The translations under genes were made by a program, and so were the position numbers. A stretch of DNA of 64,000 nt from Heteronotia binoei (taxonomy: Eukaryota): NCBI RefSeq assembly GCF_032191835.1, contig NC_083227.1:122822001-122886000 (forward strand), read 5' to 3'. Of this stretch, positions 24,953 through 37,019 are shown piece by piece (the first letter of the stretch is position 1; each line of letters opens with the position of its first letter). The notes under the pieces were generated by a model that was not told the origin of the DNA, ran no database searches, and saw only the letters and a list, made by a program, of their open reading frames with translations.

Positions 24953-26644
24953 CCTTATAGCATCAGTAAAGTCCTTTCAGCCCAAGATTCAATCCGTGTT
25001 GGTCTCTTATGGTTCAGTCAGATAATGAGGAAAGATACAAGAACAGTGCAGCATATATTTAAATATAAGATATTTATGCCTAGCACATTGTCTGTTAGTA
25101 AAGCAAGTGTCCTTGTGTGGATGCACTAAGTACAAAACAAGAACTAGGGAAGACTAGGAAACTAGAGAAGGAAGAAAATTAGAGAGGTTGAAGAAAGGGT
25201 GGAGGGAAGGAGAAGGAACAAGCTCAATGGGGTGTTAACAATGGAAAGAAGAGAGGTAAGTAGGTGAGTTGTGACCGGTAAGAAGGGAACCCCAATTTCA
25301 CCAACTAACATAAAGATTGTGTATTAAAGGAAATTGGACTAGAGACTGTGAACCATGAAGTAGATATGTGAGCTTTAAAAAGATTCCCCCCATATCTCTA
25401 GCAGATTGGATTAAGGGACCCAGTTCTGTGGACCACTGACAAGGTGTCTGCAGCTGTATTATTTGTCTTCATTGTTCCCTAATGAGGAAAAAATCCCGTG
25501 CTTTCACCAGGGCAAAAAAAGCCAATAACCAAACATATAAAAGTAACAACTGGCCAAAAGACTCAAAATGCTATGAGTTTGCTATATCCCCCAAAAGGAA
25601 TGCTGTTTTTTGGGGGGTCCATTACATTTTTTAAAAGTGCTTGCAGCAGAAATTTACCATAAGAAGCAAGGGAGATGAAAGTAGAAATCAAAATATTTAT
25701 TGATTTTTATTATTTTATTAATGTGATTCTATCCCACCCATCCCGCTGAAGCAGGTTCAAGATGGGTTACAGCATAAAATCATACAATATAATATAATGC
25801 ACAATATAATAGAATCTTTAAAAATCTAACATTACATCCAATTAAAATATGCTAGGAAAATGCTAAAGAAACAATATATATAGCTAAAAAATCAGAAGAT
25901 CTAAATACTTGGGATATCCTTTAGCCATAAAACTGAAGCCATGGTGGCAATTTCCAGCATCCTGATTTGTTGCATCACTGGGACTGTACTGCACCAAGTA
26001 TTGGCTGACACGCTGTCTGTCACCACTTCCCATGACTATTGGATAGCCTCTCTGTCACTAGCCTACTGCAACTTTCCCCACATTCTTGCAGGATTGGCTC
26101 GCAATCTGTCTCTGCCATGCCATTGGCTGATTCTGCTCTCCCCCACCCACCACCAGCCCTGTAAAGCAAAAAACCGAGCAGAAGGCCACTGACCTCTGAG
26201 GGAGACAGAGATATAGAGTGTTGTTGCAACTCTGAGGCTGTTAGTATTCACATAAGTCTCTTATAAAATGGTAGATAAAACTCACATTTCACAGCAGATG
26301 TGTGTGAGTTGAATCTCCAAGCACCCTGGCAACCAAATGGGTGATGTCCGTTTATAACTGAAATTAGGAGTCTCTTGCTCACAGTTTTTTCTGTCTTTCA
26401 GTCTTTTTATTTATTTATTTCTGTCTACTTGTCTATTTCATCTCTTCAACTGACAAGGAATGTTCATTCACAGCAGGGAGGGGCCACTTCAGAGGCAGTT
26501 AAAGGGAGGCTTGCAATGGCTTTCTTCACAGCGTCAGCTGCTTGACGCTACCAGCCATTTCCTCACAGGAAACCACTGTTACCATCCTCCAGGTGCTTGG
26601 TTCCCCCCCACACACTGAAGAAAGACAGTCCTTTTCCCATGTAG

Positions 26645-28110
26645 AGGCTGCCAGGTTGCCAACTCCAGGTTAGGAAATTCCAGATGGCAGAGATCACCTC
26701 CGCTTGAGGTGTGTGTGTGGGGGGGAGGGAGAATTAATTCCTACATTTGATTGGGTGGGACACTCACCCAGGGGCCTTTAGTGGTACCTTTCCATGTTGA
26801 TGGGAAATTCCTAAGACATCAATACAGGCTTCTGAGAAAGGCATTTTCTCCTGGGAACCACTGCTGCCAATCTCCAGGTGAGGGCTGGAGATCTCTCAGA
26901 ATTACAACTGCTATCTAGATGGCAGAGATCAGCTCCCCTTGAGATATGGGCAGGGGGAGTGAATGCTTTCACTTGGGTGGGTGGGAAGACAGCAAGGCTG
27001 AGGGGGGCACTCACTCAGAGGCCTTTGGTGGTACCTTCCCAGGTTGGTGGGAAATTCCTGGAGATTCTGTGGTGGAGTTTGAGGAGGGCATACAAGTTAG
27101 GACATCGGAGCAGGGTCTGGCAGACACAAGTTCTTGCTGTGGAAACTGACTTGCTGTGGAAACAGACCAGACTTTCAGCCTGATCAGTGTTGAAAATGTA
27201 GCAGATAAAGGGTTGGCTCCACCAGGTTAGCTACCCTATGCCTGACTGCTTGCTACTGTTCAGCAGCAGCCACCCTATGACAGCTACTGTGGCATAGGAG
27301 TTAGAACTTCAGAGTAGGATCTGCCAGACCCAGGTTCTTGCTATGGAAGCTGACTGGGTGATTTTGGACCAGTCATGGACTTCCAGCCTCACAGGGTTGT
27401 TGTTCAGATCACATGGGGGGAGAAGAGAATGATATAAACTGGTTTGGTTCCCCCCCCCCCCCCACTGTGAAGAAAGACTGCCATTTTCCCATGGAGAGGC
27501 TGCAGGAAAGGGGAAGGCGATGGGAACCTGAGGTCAGAGGGACAGATAAAGGGAAAAGTTGCCAACTCCAGGTTAGGAAATTCCTGGATATTTAAGGGAT
27601 GGGACCTGGGCAGGATGGGGTTTGAGGAGGGATAGGACCTCAGACAGGTACAATGCCATTTCCTCCAGGGGAACCACAGGAGAACACTCAGATTTACAAT
27701 TGCTCTCTAGATAACAGAGATCAGCTCCCCTTGAGGTGTGTGTGTGGGGTGGAATCAATGCCTTCGAGAGCCAGTTTGGTGTAGTGGTTAAGGGTGCGGA
27801 CTCTTATATGGGAGAACCGGGTTTGATTCCCCACACCTCCACTTGCAACTGCTGGAATGGCCTTGGGTTAGCCATAGCTCTGGCAGAAGTTGTCCTTGAA
27901 AGGGCAGCTGCTGTGAGAGCCCTCTCCAGCCCCACCCACCTCACAGGGTGTCTGTTGTGGGGGAAGGAGATAAAGGAGACTGTAAGCCGCTCTGAGTCTC
28001 TGATTCAGAGAGAAGGATGGGGTATAAATCTGCAATTCTTCTTCTTCTTCACTTGGATGGGTGGGAAGACAGTAAGGGTGGTGGGCACTCACCCAGAGCC
28101 TCCTTCTAGA
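26645..28110 (+). repeat. Three related GTTGCCAACTCCAGG-type repeat units with interleaved SINE pieces
   Basis: CAGAGATCA(G)CTCCCCTTGAG...GGGTGGGAAGACAG...CACTCAC(C/T)CAG recurs at ~26685, ~26920 and ~27715/28055. The third unit is split by a SINE. Confidence 0.6.
27766..28050 (+). mobile_element. Squam3-like CORE-SINE nested in a GTTGCCAAC repeat
   Basis: Full head to (TTC)n tail. The host sequence AATGCCTTC|ACTTGG matches the uninterrupted AATGCTTTCACTTGG at ~26960. Confidence 0.88.
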
Positions 28111-28613
28111 GCGCGTTGTATTTTTCTTCACAACAGGCCATGCTCATAGTATATAATAAAAGCTCTGTCACTCAACACAATTTTTTTTGAAAGTGTAGCA
28201 TATAACATGTACCGGTATATGCTGAAACTTACTACACAAGGAATAGCCTAGCCAAATTCCTCCTCTTTTCCTCAGAAGGCTATTCTTCACCACTGTCAGC
28301 AAATAAAGCATTTTTCTCTACACTGATACTATGCTGCTACTAAATTACTAACGACAGCCAAACCTGCTAATAAATCAACAATAACAACAAAAAAAACCCA
28401 GGCATGGGACATGCAAAGTCTCAAACACCCGAAATAACATGCATAAGAGTACAGAGTGCAGTCCTCAACTGACTTTCATCAGGTAATTTTAAAAAACCAT
28501 TAAAAACTCCCAAATAATCTCATAGAAATAATTTAAAATAATAAATTAAAACAAGAGCTAAAAGAATTTAAAAGAAAACAGTCTCAATAGTTACAAATTA
28601 AAACAGGAGCCCT

Positions 28614-28752
28614 NNNNNNNNNNNNNNNNNNNNNNNNNNNNNNNNNNNNNNNNNNNNNNNNNNNNNNNNNNNNNNNNNNNNNNNNNNNNNNNNNNNNNNN
28701 NNNNNNNNNNNNNNNNNNNNNNNNNNNNNNNNNNNNNNNNNNNNNNNNNNNN
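28614..28752. other. Assembly gap (139 N)
   Basis: Run of n. Confidence 1.
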
Positions 28753-28789
28753 CTAATAAGTTTAAAAAAAATTGGCAGCACCCTGCATA

Positions 28790-29400
28790 GGTGAGGGTTG
28801 GCCACCCAACTGCCAAAACTTCTTCATCTGTTTACAAGACAGAGTGTCAGTCACCCCATTGTTGACCCCAGGCACATGCCTCACCCTGAACAATATGTTG
28901 GCCTGCAGACAGGACATCATAAAAGCCCACACCAGGCTCATGACCTTAGGAGACCCAGAGATAAGGGAGTTAATTGCCTGCACCACTGCCATGTTGCCAC
29001 ATCAAAAGTGCACTGTCCTGTTTGCCAGCTCAGTGAGCCAGAGCCAGATATAACTAGCATATCCACCCTCCAAAAGGACATTCCATTGAACTTCCATAAG
29101 AACTGCTCCCATACCTCCAAGTCTGCTTGCATGCCTCTTAAAACAAGATTATGAGCACAGGGGGAGTGAGAGCAAGGAAGAGGAAGCACACGTGCACCTG
29201 GTTTTTGGAGAAAATTGGCCATAGCTTTATTGAGTACAACAACAGAAGCATTGGCTTAACCTGGGGATGGACCCCTGCATCTGGTGACCCATCTGTTCCC
29301 CAATGTACACTGACTTCCCCAGTGCACATGATGTGGGAAAACTGTGAAATGGCAACCCCTGGCATCCATCTGGGTGCTGGCTGCTGAGTGGTTCCCTTGC
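28790..29400 (-). mobile_element. Ngaro/DIRS-like retrotransposon remnant (RT-end/RNase H plus a terminal-repeat piece)
   Basis: Minus-strand peptides LRGMQADLEVWEQFLWKFNGMSFWR and MAVVQAINSLISGSPKVMSLV...NILFRVRHVPGVNNGVTDTLS match the DIRS-type RNase H pattern (HVPGxxNxxADxLS). An AATAAAGCTATGGCC terminus lies just upstream on the same strand. Confidence 0.75.
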
Positions 29401-32183
29401 CACCAGGTGGAAAGAGCCCTCAGCCAGGCCCTGAGCTGGTTACAGCACTATTTGGTTCCACCAAAGCTCCTTAAGGGAGTCTCCAGCCCAGAGACACATG
29501 TGTGTAGGCGAGCCTTCCTCTGAAAAGGATCCATCCCAATGCTAATCCTCCCAACCAGCCATGATAGATTGCTGTTACTGTTAAAATTTATAAAACACCA
29601 TCCCCTGAAGGGCTCAGGGTAGTGTACAACATAGTCAACATACAAGGTTAAAATGTACAATAAATAATTACAGATAAATTCTACAAACAATGATCAATGT
29701 CATACATTGCATTTAGCTCCCTCCCTAAGGCAGATCAGGGACCAGTCACGGTAAGGTCAAGATAAAAAGCCATGGTGGGTTTTTACTGTCCTCAACTGCA
29801 GGCCTGACAAAATATCTCTGAAGCAAAACAGTAGCAAAAGAAGTAACAAAGCAGACCAATATATAACCTGCAACAAGAGGATGCAAAAAGAGGTTGGGTG
29901 GGAGAGCCCAAGTGGACAAAGGGTCTCTTCCCAGCAGTTGCCTACAGCTATATAGAGTCAGGCCAACTCCAGTGCAAGGAAGGCCAGCCCCAAGACTGCC
30001 CCAGGATCCTGCCCCTGACCTGGCTAGCCCCCATGTGACAATTGGCCAGTCTTGGGCCTGTTGCATGGCAAGATTCCCCTCTCTCCACAGTGCACAACCT
30101 ACCCCAGCTGCCAACTGCACTCCCTTCCAGCTCACCCACACCACCTCCAGGCCACACAACACTCGAATCAGGGCTGTTGCTTCTTTCATTCTGATGATGC
30201 GGTTTATAATAGGTGGCTCCATGTTCTTTTTTCAGTGAAATGCTATACCAAAAGGGTATGTTTCAATGAAATGCAGTACCTTCATGGATTAAATTCTGAT
30301 CAGGAACTTTTAACCTCTGCCTAGGTGAAGATTCTCCTAGAGTCTCAGCATCAGTGTGCTGTTTTCCACAATTGTTTTGCACTATTTTGAAACAATTTCC
30401 TCTGATTATCTGCATGAGTACTTTGTCAAATCTACTGCTACTCATCAAGAAAAACTTATAAAAGTGGGAAACTGGGGGTCACAATGAAGTCCATTTGCTT
30501 GATCAGGTGTATTTACTTCAAAAGCAGAATAGAACTTATCTAAAAACATGTGCATTTCTCCTTTAATATAAGATGCTGACAATTGGATCAATGTTTCTTC
30601 TGAGGTACATTAATAGAAAAACATAATTCAGCCCTCTTTGTTCCACAACTGCACTTTTCCTTGCAAAAAAAAAATTATTCTATGATTTTTGATGCACAAC
30701 ATTCATATCTTGTTATCTATTTTTGTTATCAGAAGTACCATTACTTCGATATTGCATATTTGCATTTACACCTTCAGAATAGGATGTTACCACTGAAAGC
30801 TATTACAGGAGCTGTGAACTGAACCCCAGAAGGCATCAACCATGTTTCTGAAAAATTTATAGTGAACATTTTCACACTTGACGGTGCATTAATATTGAAA
30901 AAGTAGATGTTTGGAGAAAATATATACTTAGGCATAAAAATAACCTTGTAATACGGCTTGGATTGCATCATCTGTTTTGGGCAACTATGAATAAAAATAG
31001 AAAGTACTGTAGTTGATGGAACAGTTAAAAGGTGGGGAGGATAAAATGCATTATATTATCACATAAATTTGGACTGTCCTGACAAGGTGAAGAGAGCTAC
31101 ACATCCCTTGGCAAACTGACGTAAAGCTAATCCCCTTGAATTTGGACTGTGAAACCAAATAGTAAGTCAGTATGGTTGAACAAGGGCCAGTGAGGCACAT
31201 TCTGTAACATTAATTGCAGAATTCATATTTAAGGAAAACATAAGTCATGCTGAAGGGGTTGCAGCGAGCACAGAATTGTAAAGCAGTTATTTGACACAGG
31301 ATGTTCTAAAAGAGAGTTTTGTGTTGTAGTTCTTCTCTCTGTACAATACATTACCTCAACTTTTGCCTCAAATGATTTCATCCCAAGACACCATGAGACA
31401 TTTTTTCATTTAACATGATTACAGTGGAATTCTGGGGATTAAAAAAGGAGAAAAAGAGAGAAATCTGTTGATGTTAGATTAAAGTCTAAAATTAAATTGT
31501 CTATAGAGAAGAACTAATTAGTTCCACATAAACAGGTTTAATACCAGACACATGAACCATCCAGGAAACAGCCATGATCCATTGGGAGCCCACAATACAA
31601 ATTTAATGAGAACTAATGAAAGAGTGCATGAGGATGCTTAATGAGTATTTCCATGGATTTGTCACCATATTGCTACTTAGACATCTCTTAAATGACAGAT
31701 GTAGTGCTTCATTTCAGTCTGGATAATTATTATCTATAGTACTTCCTCAGATATATCCAGACAATGTCACATAATATAAGCTATAACATTCTAATTTTCA
31801 GGTTCTTATTTTCACGTTCTTATTTATTACACAGACCTTGAACTCTGTGGCTTGCTTTTTAAGCCACCATAGGATGTATTTCCAGCTGAAATTGCATGCC
31901 CAGAGACTTCTATGTTTCTATGAATATTCAGATAGCTCTGGATTTTGGTGAGTGAATTCATTTTGCATACATAACCATGGTTTGCCTCTGCAGGGGTTTG
32001 CTGTATATTTCTGGCCCTGAGTTTCTGAACTGTTCATTTTCATGCTGAATCATATGTATAATTTAAATCAATTTTCATGTACTCAATCTTCTTTGTTATT
32101 TATAATTAAGTGATGGACTCCACAAGTGAAGAATGCTCTTCTAGTTCTTATTATATGTTCTTTCCCCATGCTAGATACATGAG

Positions 32184-32353
32184 CAGGGTTTTTTTTGTAG
32201 CAGGAACCCCTTTGCATATTAGGACACAAACTCCTGAAGTAGCCAGTCCTACTGGAACTTCCATTAGGTCCTGTACTAAGACCCCTGTAAATTCTTGGAG
32301 GATTGGCTACATCAAGGGGGTGTGCAAAGGAGTTCATGCCACAAAAAGCCTTG
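32184..32353. mobile_element. hAT MITE, CAGGGCTTT family, inverted-dimer (palindromic) form
   Basis: Perfect 8-bp TSD TACATGAG (32176-32183, 32354-32361). The arms are reverse complements. Homologous to 49653-49834. Confidence 0.85.
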
Positions 32354-33117
32354 TACATGAGAGTCTTTAGAAGGCCATTCTAGAAACCCTGCCTCAGGTG
32401 AGCATGGTTTACCATGGTCAATGAGAAGGGACACCAGACCACAAAAAAGAAATCCAGGTGGGATTTAAATCTGCAAAAATACACTTTTACACACTGGAGG
32501 TGCTGCTTTTACACATTGGAGCTGCATGGGATATCTGTCTTAGCAGGTCACTTTGCAAAATGGGTGACACATTTATTGAAGCCAAACCATCCCCCAGACT
32601 GGAAAAAAATATGCATCACATATCCATTTTAGTGTAGTTCATTTTAATTTAAATGGGTGCACATGCTATGAGAGGTGATTTTATACAACACCACACATAA
32701 AGTTCTCTTTCTGTGCTATATACAGATATACCAAATTTCAAGAAGAAAATATGCCTTGAGAATTTCCTTGAAGCCGAAATGAAATCTTTGTCAAAGGCTC
32801 TTTCTGCATTTCTTTTTACTGTTCATCTCTCGCTGCATTTCCACACTCACCTCACTTTCCAGTCAGATTTCAGTTTTCCTTCCACATCTTTCTTCAAGCA
32901 TCCTGCAGTCACATTGCTGTTTATTTGTAGTTTCCAAGAGTGATTTTTTCAGAGAAGTATTTCCCCCTCCTTCTTTTAGTTCACTTCCAAGCCTTTAAAA
33001 GCAGACATGTTTCCTTGGACTTTTCCTCCCCCCTCCCTTGGCAGGCTAGTTGGTCACTTATTGGTCAGCTTTGAACTAGGCATGTCTTTTGAAATAGGAG
33101 ATTAGGAAAGTAATTGC

Positions 33118-33454
33118 CAGGCCCGGAGCTACAGTGGGGACTGGGGGGCAGGCCCATCCTTTCAAACCCCCTTTCCAATCTGTTCCCTTTGCTCACTGCA
33201 ACTCTGAACAAGTAGTAGTATTGCTGCTGGTCTTTTTGCTTTTTTCTCTCTCCTTCCCTAACACAGTGTTCAGAGTAAGGGGGTGCAGAGTCAAACGGTC
33301 TCTGTTTCTCTGAGAGAGGGGAACATAAGAAAGGGGTGGGGGAGCAGAGCTGCTGTAACTGCCTAGGCAGAGGGGGGTTAGCTTGTGGAACTTAAAACAG
33401 GTTACAGTGCTGAGAGCCCAGGGCCACCAAACAACAAATCCTGCTACGGCCCTG
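33118..33454. mobile_element. hAT-type MITE, CAGGGCCGTAGC family
   Basis: Ends CAGGCCCGGAGC / GCTACGGCCCTG. Perfect 8-bp TSD GTAATTGC (33110-33117, 33455-33462). Confidence 0.8.
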
Positions 33455-36306
33455 GTAATTGCCTTTGTCTGACTTGTTTGCAGGAATGGTCAGTTAGCTC
33501 AGTTCCATTGACTGCCAAGTTTTTAGTCTGATTTCTCTTTTGGGCAATTTTGTATTTGGGGAAAAAAGGTTTCCTTTTAAATTGACCCTTGCCACAAACA
33601 TTTTAAACATGAGGAGAATGCTATGGAACCTACTTTGGGGGAGCAGCAGCCTGTTTTTTTAAAAAAGTCTGGTCCATCTCAGCATCTCATCTTCCCTTTT
33701 TGTCATTTCATTTCTAAATAACAATGGTAGGGGGACTCAGGCTGCAAAGTATTGACATCTCCACCTCCCCCCTCATGAATTGCCTGCCAGTGATTTCTTT
33801 CTCCCTCCATTGCCATCCCAGATTAGCATTAAAATCCTTGACTACTGTGATAAGGGTGTGTGTGGGGGGGAGAACACTAATAGCGACCCCACAGTAAATT
33901 CAGCTGGAAGAATCTTCTATTTCAAAAGACATGCCAAGTGTGAAACTATACACCACAATTCTCAATAGCAATCGGGGAAAGAGAAGAGATGCAGAATGCA
34001 GGCACAGCATTCAAAGTAAACCCCAACCGACTTGACTTCACTGAAAATCAAAAGTAAGCTGTGTATACAGAAAGCGCCAAAGTTTGCATGAAGTTGACTA
34101 CTTTCAGGTATTCTGCAAAATGTCATTTCTAATGATACAAGGTACTTTAAAAAATAAAAGGTTATGTCCCACAATCAATCAGCACAAAGACTGCCAATAA
34201 TTTCTGCCCCCTCCCACCAGTCCCATCCAACCCTGAGAAAGTTGTTTTTCAAGGTTGAGAGACTAGTTGAGAAAATACCCATGTAGATGAGGAGGCTGCA
34301 GTGGGAACAGGGGCAAAATTACTCCTCTATTTCCTCAAATCTACCATAGAAGGGCAGTTTTATCTCCTTCCCCCTGCCCATTGTCCCCAAAATCAATTTT
34401 ATCCAGGACTTAATGGACTGTTGAGGAACGCAGAAAAGATCCATGACCATCAGTGGCATCTGCTGATGGATTGCAGAATCCATCAATTGTAAATATGGAA
34501 AGTGAACCATACAACAGTCTCAAAATATGAGGCTGTTTAATCTGAATGTTGTGAGAGATGTGTTCAATTCAAAGATTATCTGTGTCAAATAGCCACAGGG
34601 TAAAACAGCATCTGGGTTATCTAAGAAAGTTGCAGGTTGCTGTCATAGAGCTGAAATGGGGAAAAAAATACACAAGCACCTCTTGCAAAAAGTGGGCTAC
34701 TACATTTAAACCCCTAATCCTGAGTCCAGCTGGTATTAAAAAATAGGTGGTTTAACATGATATGCTTGGCATACTTATTTCTAACTGATAGTTTTAGCAT
34801 CAGTATAAGTTTTCATGGTCAATAAAAGGTAGTGGATGACCTTTACAGAATTATGATGACCATTTGAAAGAGAACAGGGCTCACATTCATTTAATAGTTG
34901 TGAATGATACGGCTGTTTGCTGTTTCATATATTCTTCTAAAGCAAGGAAAGCTGTACCTTTCAAACTTCCCTTTACTGCACATCTACAAAAGTTTGGGGC
35001 CCTAGATTTACCTGATGGCCCTTGTTGCCCTCTGTGGAGTGGCACAGTGAGCCAGGGTTGGTGCCATTCCTTCCTCAGTGTGACATCTTTTCTCCAGGAG
35101 CCTGCATGGTTTTTGCAGACCCTTGGAGTACTGTCTTGCTCCTCACCTACCTTTACATCGGAGAAACAAAGTCATGGGATCATTGTGAGTGGGAACTTCT
35201 CAGGATTCTAAATAAGCAGAGCTGACTTCTTATATGAAAAGCTGTAGTATGTAGCCCAGCTCTAAGAAAGCTATGTAGTGCTATTTTCTTCAAAGATCCA
35301 TTCCATTTGTTTCAATGATTTTATATTATATATGTTTAAGGTTTTGGGGAAATATATGACCCATATTTTGAACATCAAAACATAGTGGCAGCATTCAACT
35401 TTTGAAAAAAAAACTGTGGAACATGTAAAGTTGTGGAACATGTGGCTTGATATTTTGAGTAAATCAGATGTAATATGTCCATAAGCACTCTCTGTGGGTA
35501 ATACTGACAGTTGGACAACAAATTACAGAGAGACTTGGAAAGGATAATGCATATCAAGCAGCAGCAGGAGAATAGATCACTTCATCCACTTGTCATGCTC
35601 CATTTTGATCATGCTTTGGGCAGAATAGAAAATAAAAGTGCATGTCTGATGGGCAGCATAAGTGCTTAAATAAATACAGACAACTGAATGGGAGAGCTGT
35701 ATCTGATCTCATGCCTAGAAAAATTACTAATTCCATGGCTGTATGAGTCCTCAAATTTTATAGGTGAGCATCAACACTAGCCCCAAATTAATTTGAAATG
35801 TTTCAGAATTCAGAAGCAGGGTGATCTGTAAGTTTAAATCCACAAAACTAAATAGGGAGGTTTGTTGCTGATATACAGGTCTGTGTGTGTGCATATGCTT
35901 ATGTCTGATCAGAGCTCCTGAGATGTACACAAACACAGGAGAACTATTTATTGAAGTCCTCCTTCTGCATAAGCTTGTTTTTAAAAATGATCAAGGGAAT
36001 CCTTTAAAATGACACGAGAGAAATAGAAAGCCTTCTTGTTTACTCATAGCAGGCAAAAAAGAGAACTGCTGTGCAAAACAGTAATGACACAATTATTTCC
36101 TTTTCCCTCAGAAATGAAGAGCTGTATACACAAAACCAAAGATCAACTGCACTATACTCTTCAATATTAGACAGAAGAAAATAGTACCATTTAGCTTATT
36201 TTGCAGGAACTAGAAATCCTTAGGTTTCATTTGAGGTTTTCTATGTCAATGTATACAGGTTTCCTGTTCACATATAAATACACACACACATTTTTATAGC
36301 CATAGT

Positions 36307-36465
36307 CAGGGGTCATTTTGTAGAAAAATAAGTGGTGAAGCTCATCCAGGGATTGCTATTCAGCTGCACCTACTATTCAATGGGCAAGGTGGGAAGGAGG
36401 AGGGGGAACCCTCAGAAAGGTTCAGGAGCTGTGCTCCTGTGAGCTCCTGCTGAATTCAAGGCCTG
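36307..36465 (+). mobile_element. hAT MITE, CAGGGGTCATTT family
   Basis: Perfect 8-bp TSD GCCATAGT (36299-36306, 36466-36473). A second copy lies in reverse orientation at 58495-58658. Confidence 0.85.
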
Positions 36466-37019
36466 GCCATAGTTATCTTAGAGCTGTAATGAACATGGGA
36501 AAAAAATTCACCTCAGAGAGAGCTAGAGAAAGAGGTAAAGATAAAGAGAAAATGCATAATTGGACATTTAATTAAGAACCTGATTTGAATGTAGGTTCTA
36601 CTCTGTGGTCTCACATTCACTTATGTGATGAGGAAATGGCTAGATTAAGAAAGACATAATTAAATGATATGAGAAAACATTTGCTTAGTGGTTATTTAAT
36701 TTCAGAGTAATAGTAAGTTCTTATTGATTATCACCCTCCATTTCAAGTACATTTAATAGGCTTTTTCTTGGCATCTGAGTACAGAGGTAGCAGAAAAGGA
36801 AGCAAGCAAAAATGAGTTACATATCTTCAGATGCAGTAAACAGAGATTCACTGCTTACTCCTTGCTTCAAATAATTAATGAACAAGTTTAAAAAGCACTG
36901 GACCCAGTACTGAGCCCCACTACTTACTAACCTCCAATGTAAAAACTGCCCATTTGTACTCACTCTCTGTTTCCTGTTAATTAATCAGTTTTCAATGCAC
37001 AAGAGGACTTGTTTCTATC

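Noticed and set aside
25140-25270. Purine-rich strand with triplex or G4 potential
   Set aside because: No mirror symmetry or four clear G3 tracts. Probably part of a decayed repeat.
30774-30971. 65-aa ORF containing FSETWL, like an APE endonuclease motif
   Set aside because: A single short motif with no other endonuclease blocks, consistent with chance.
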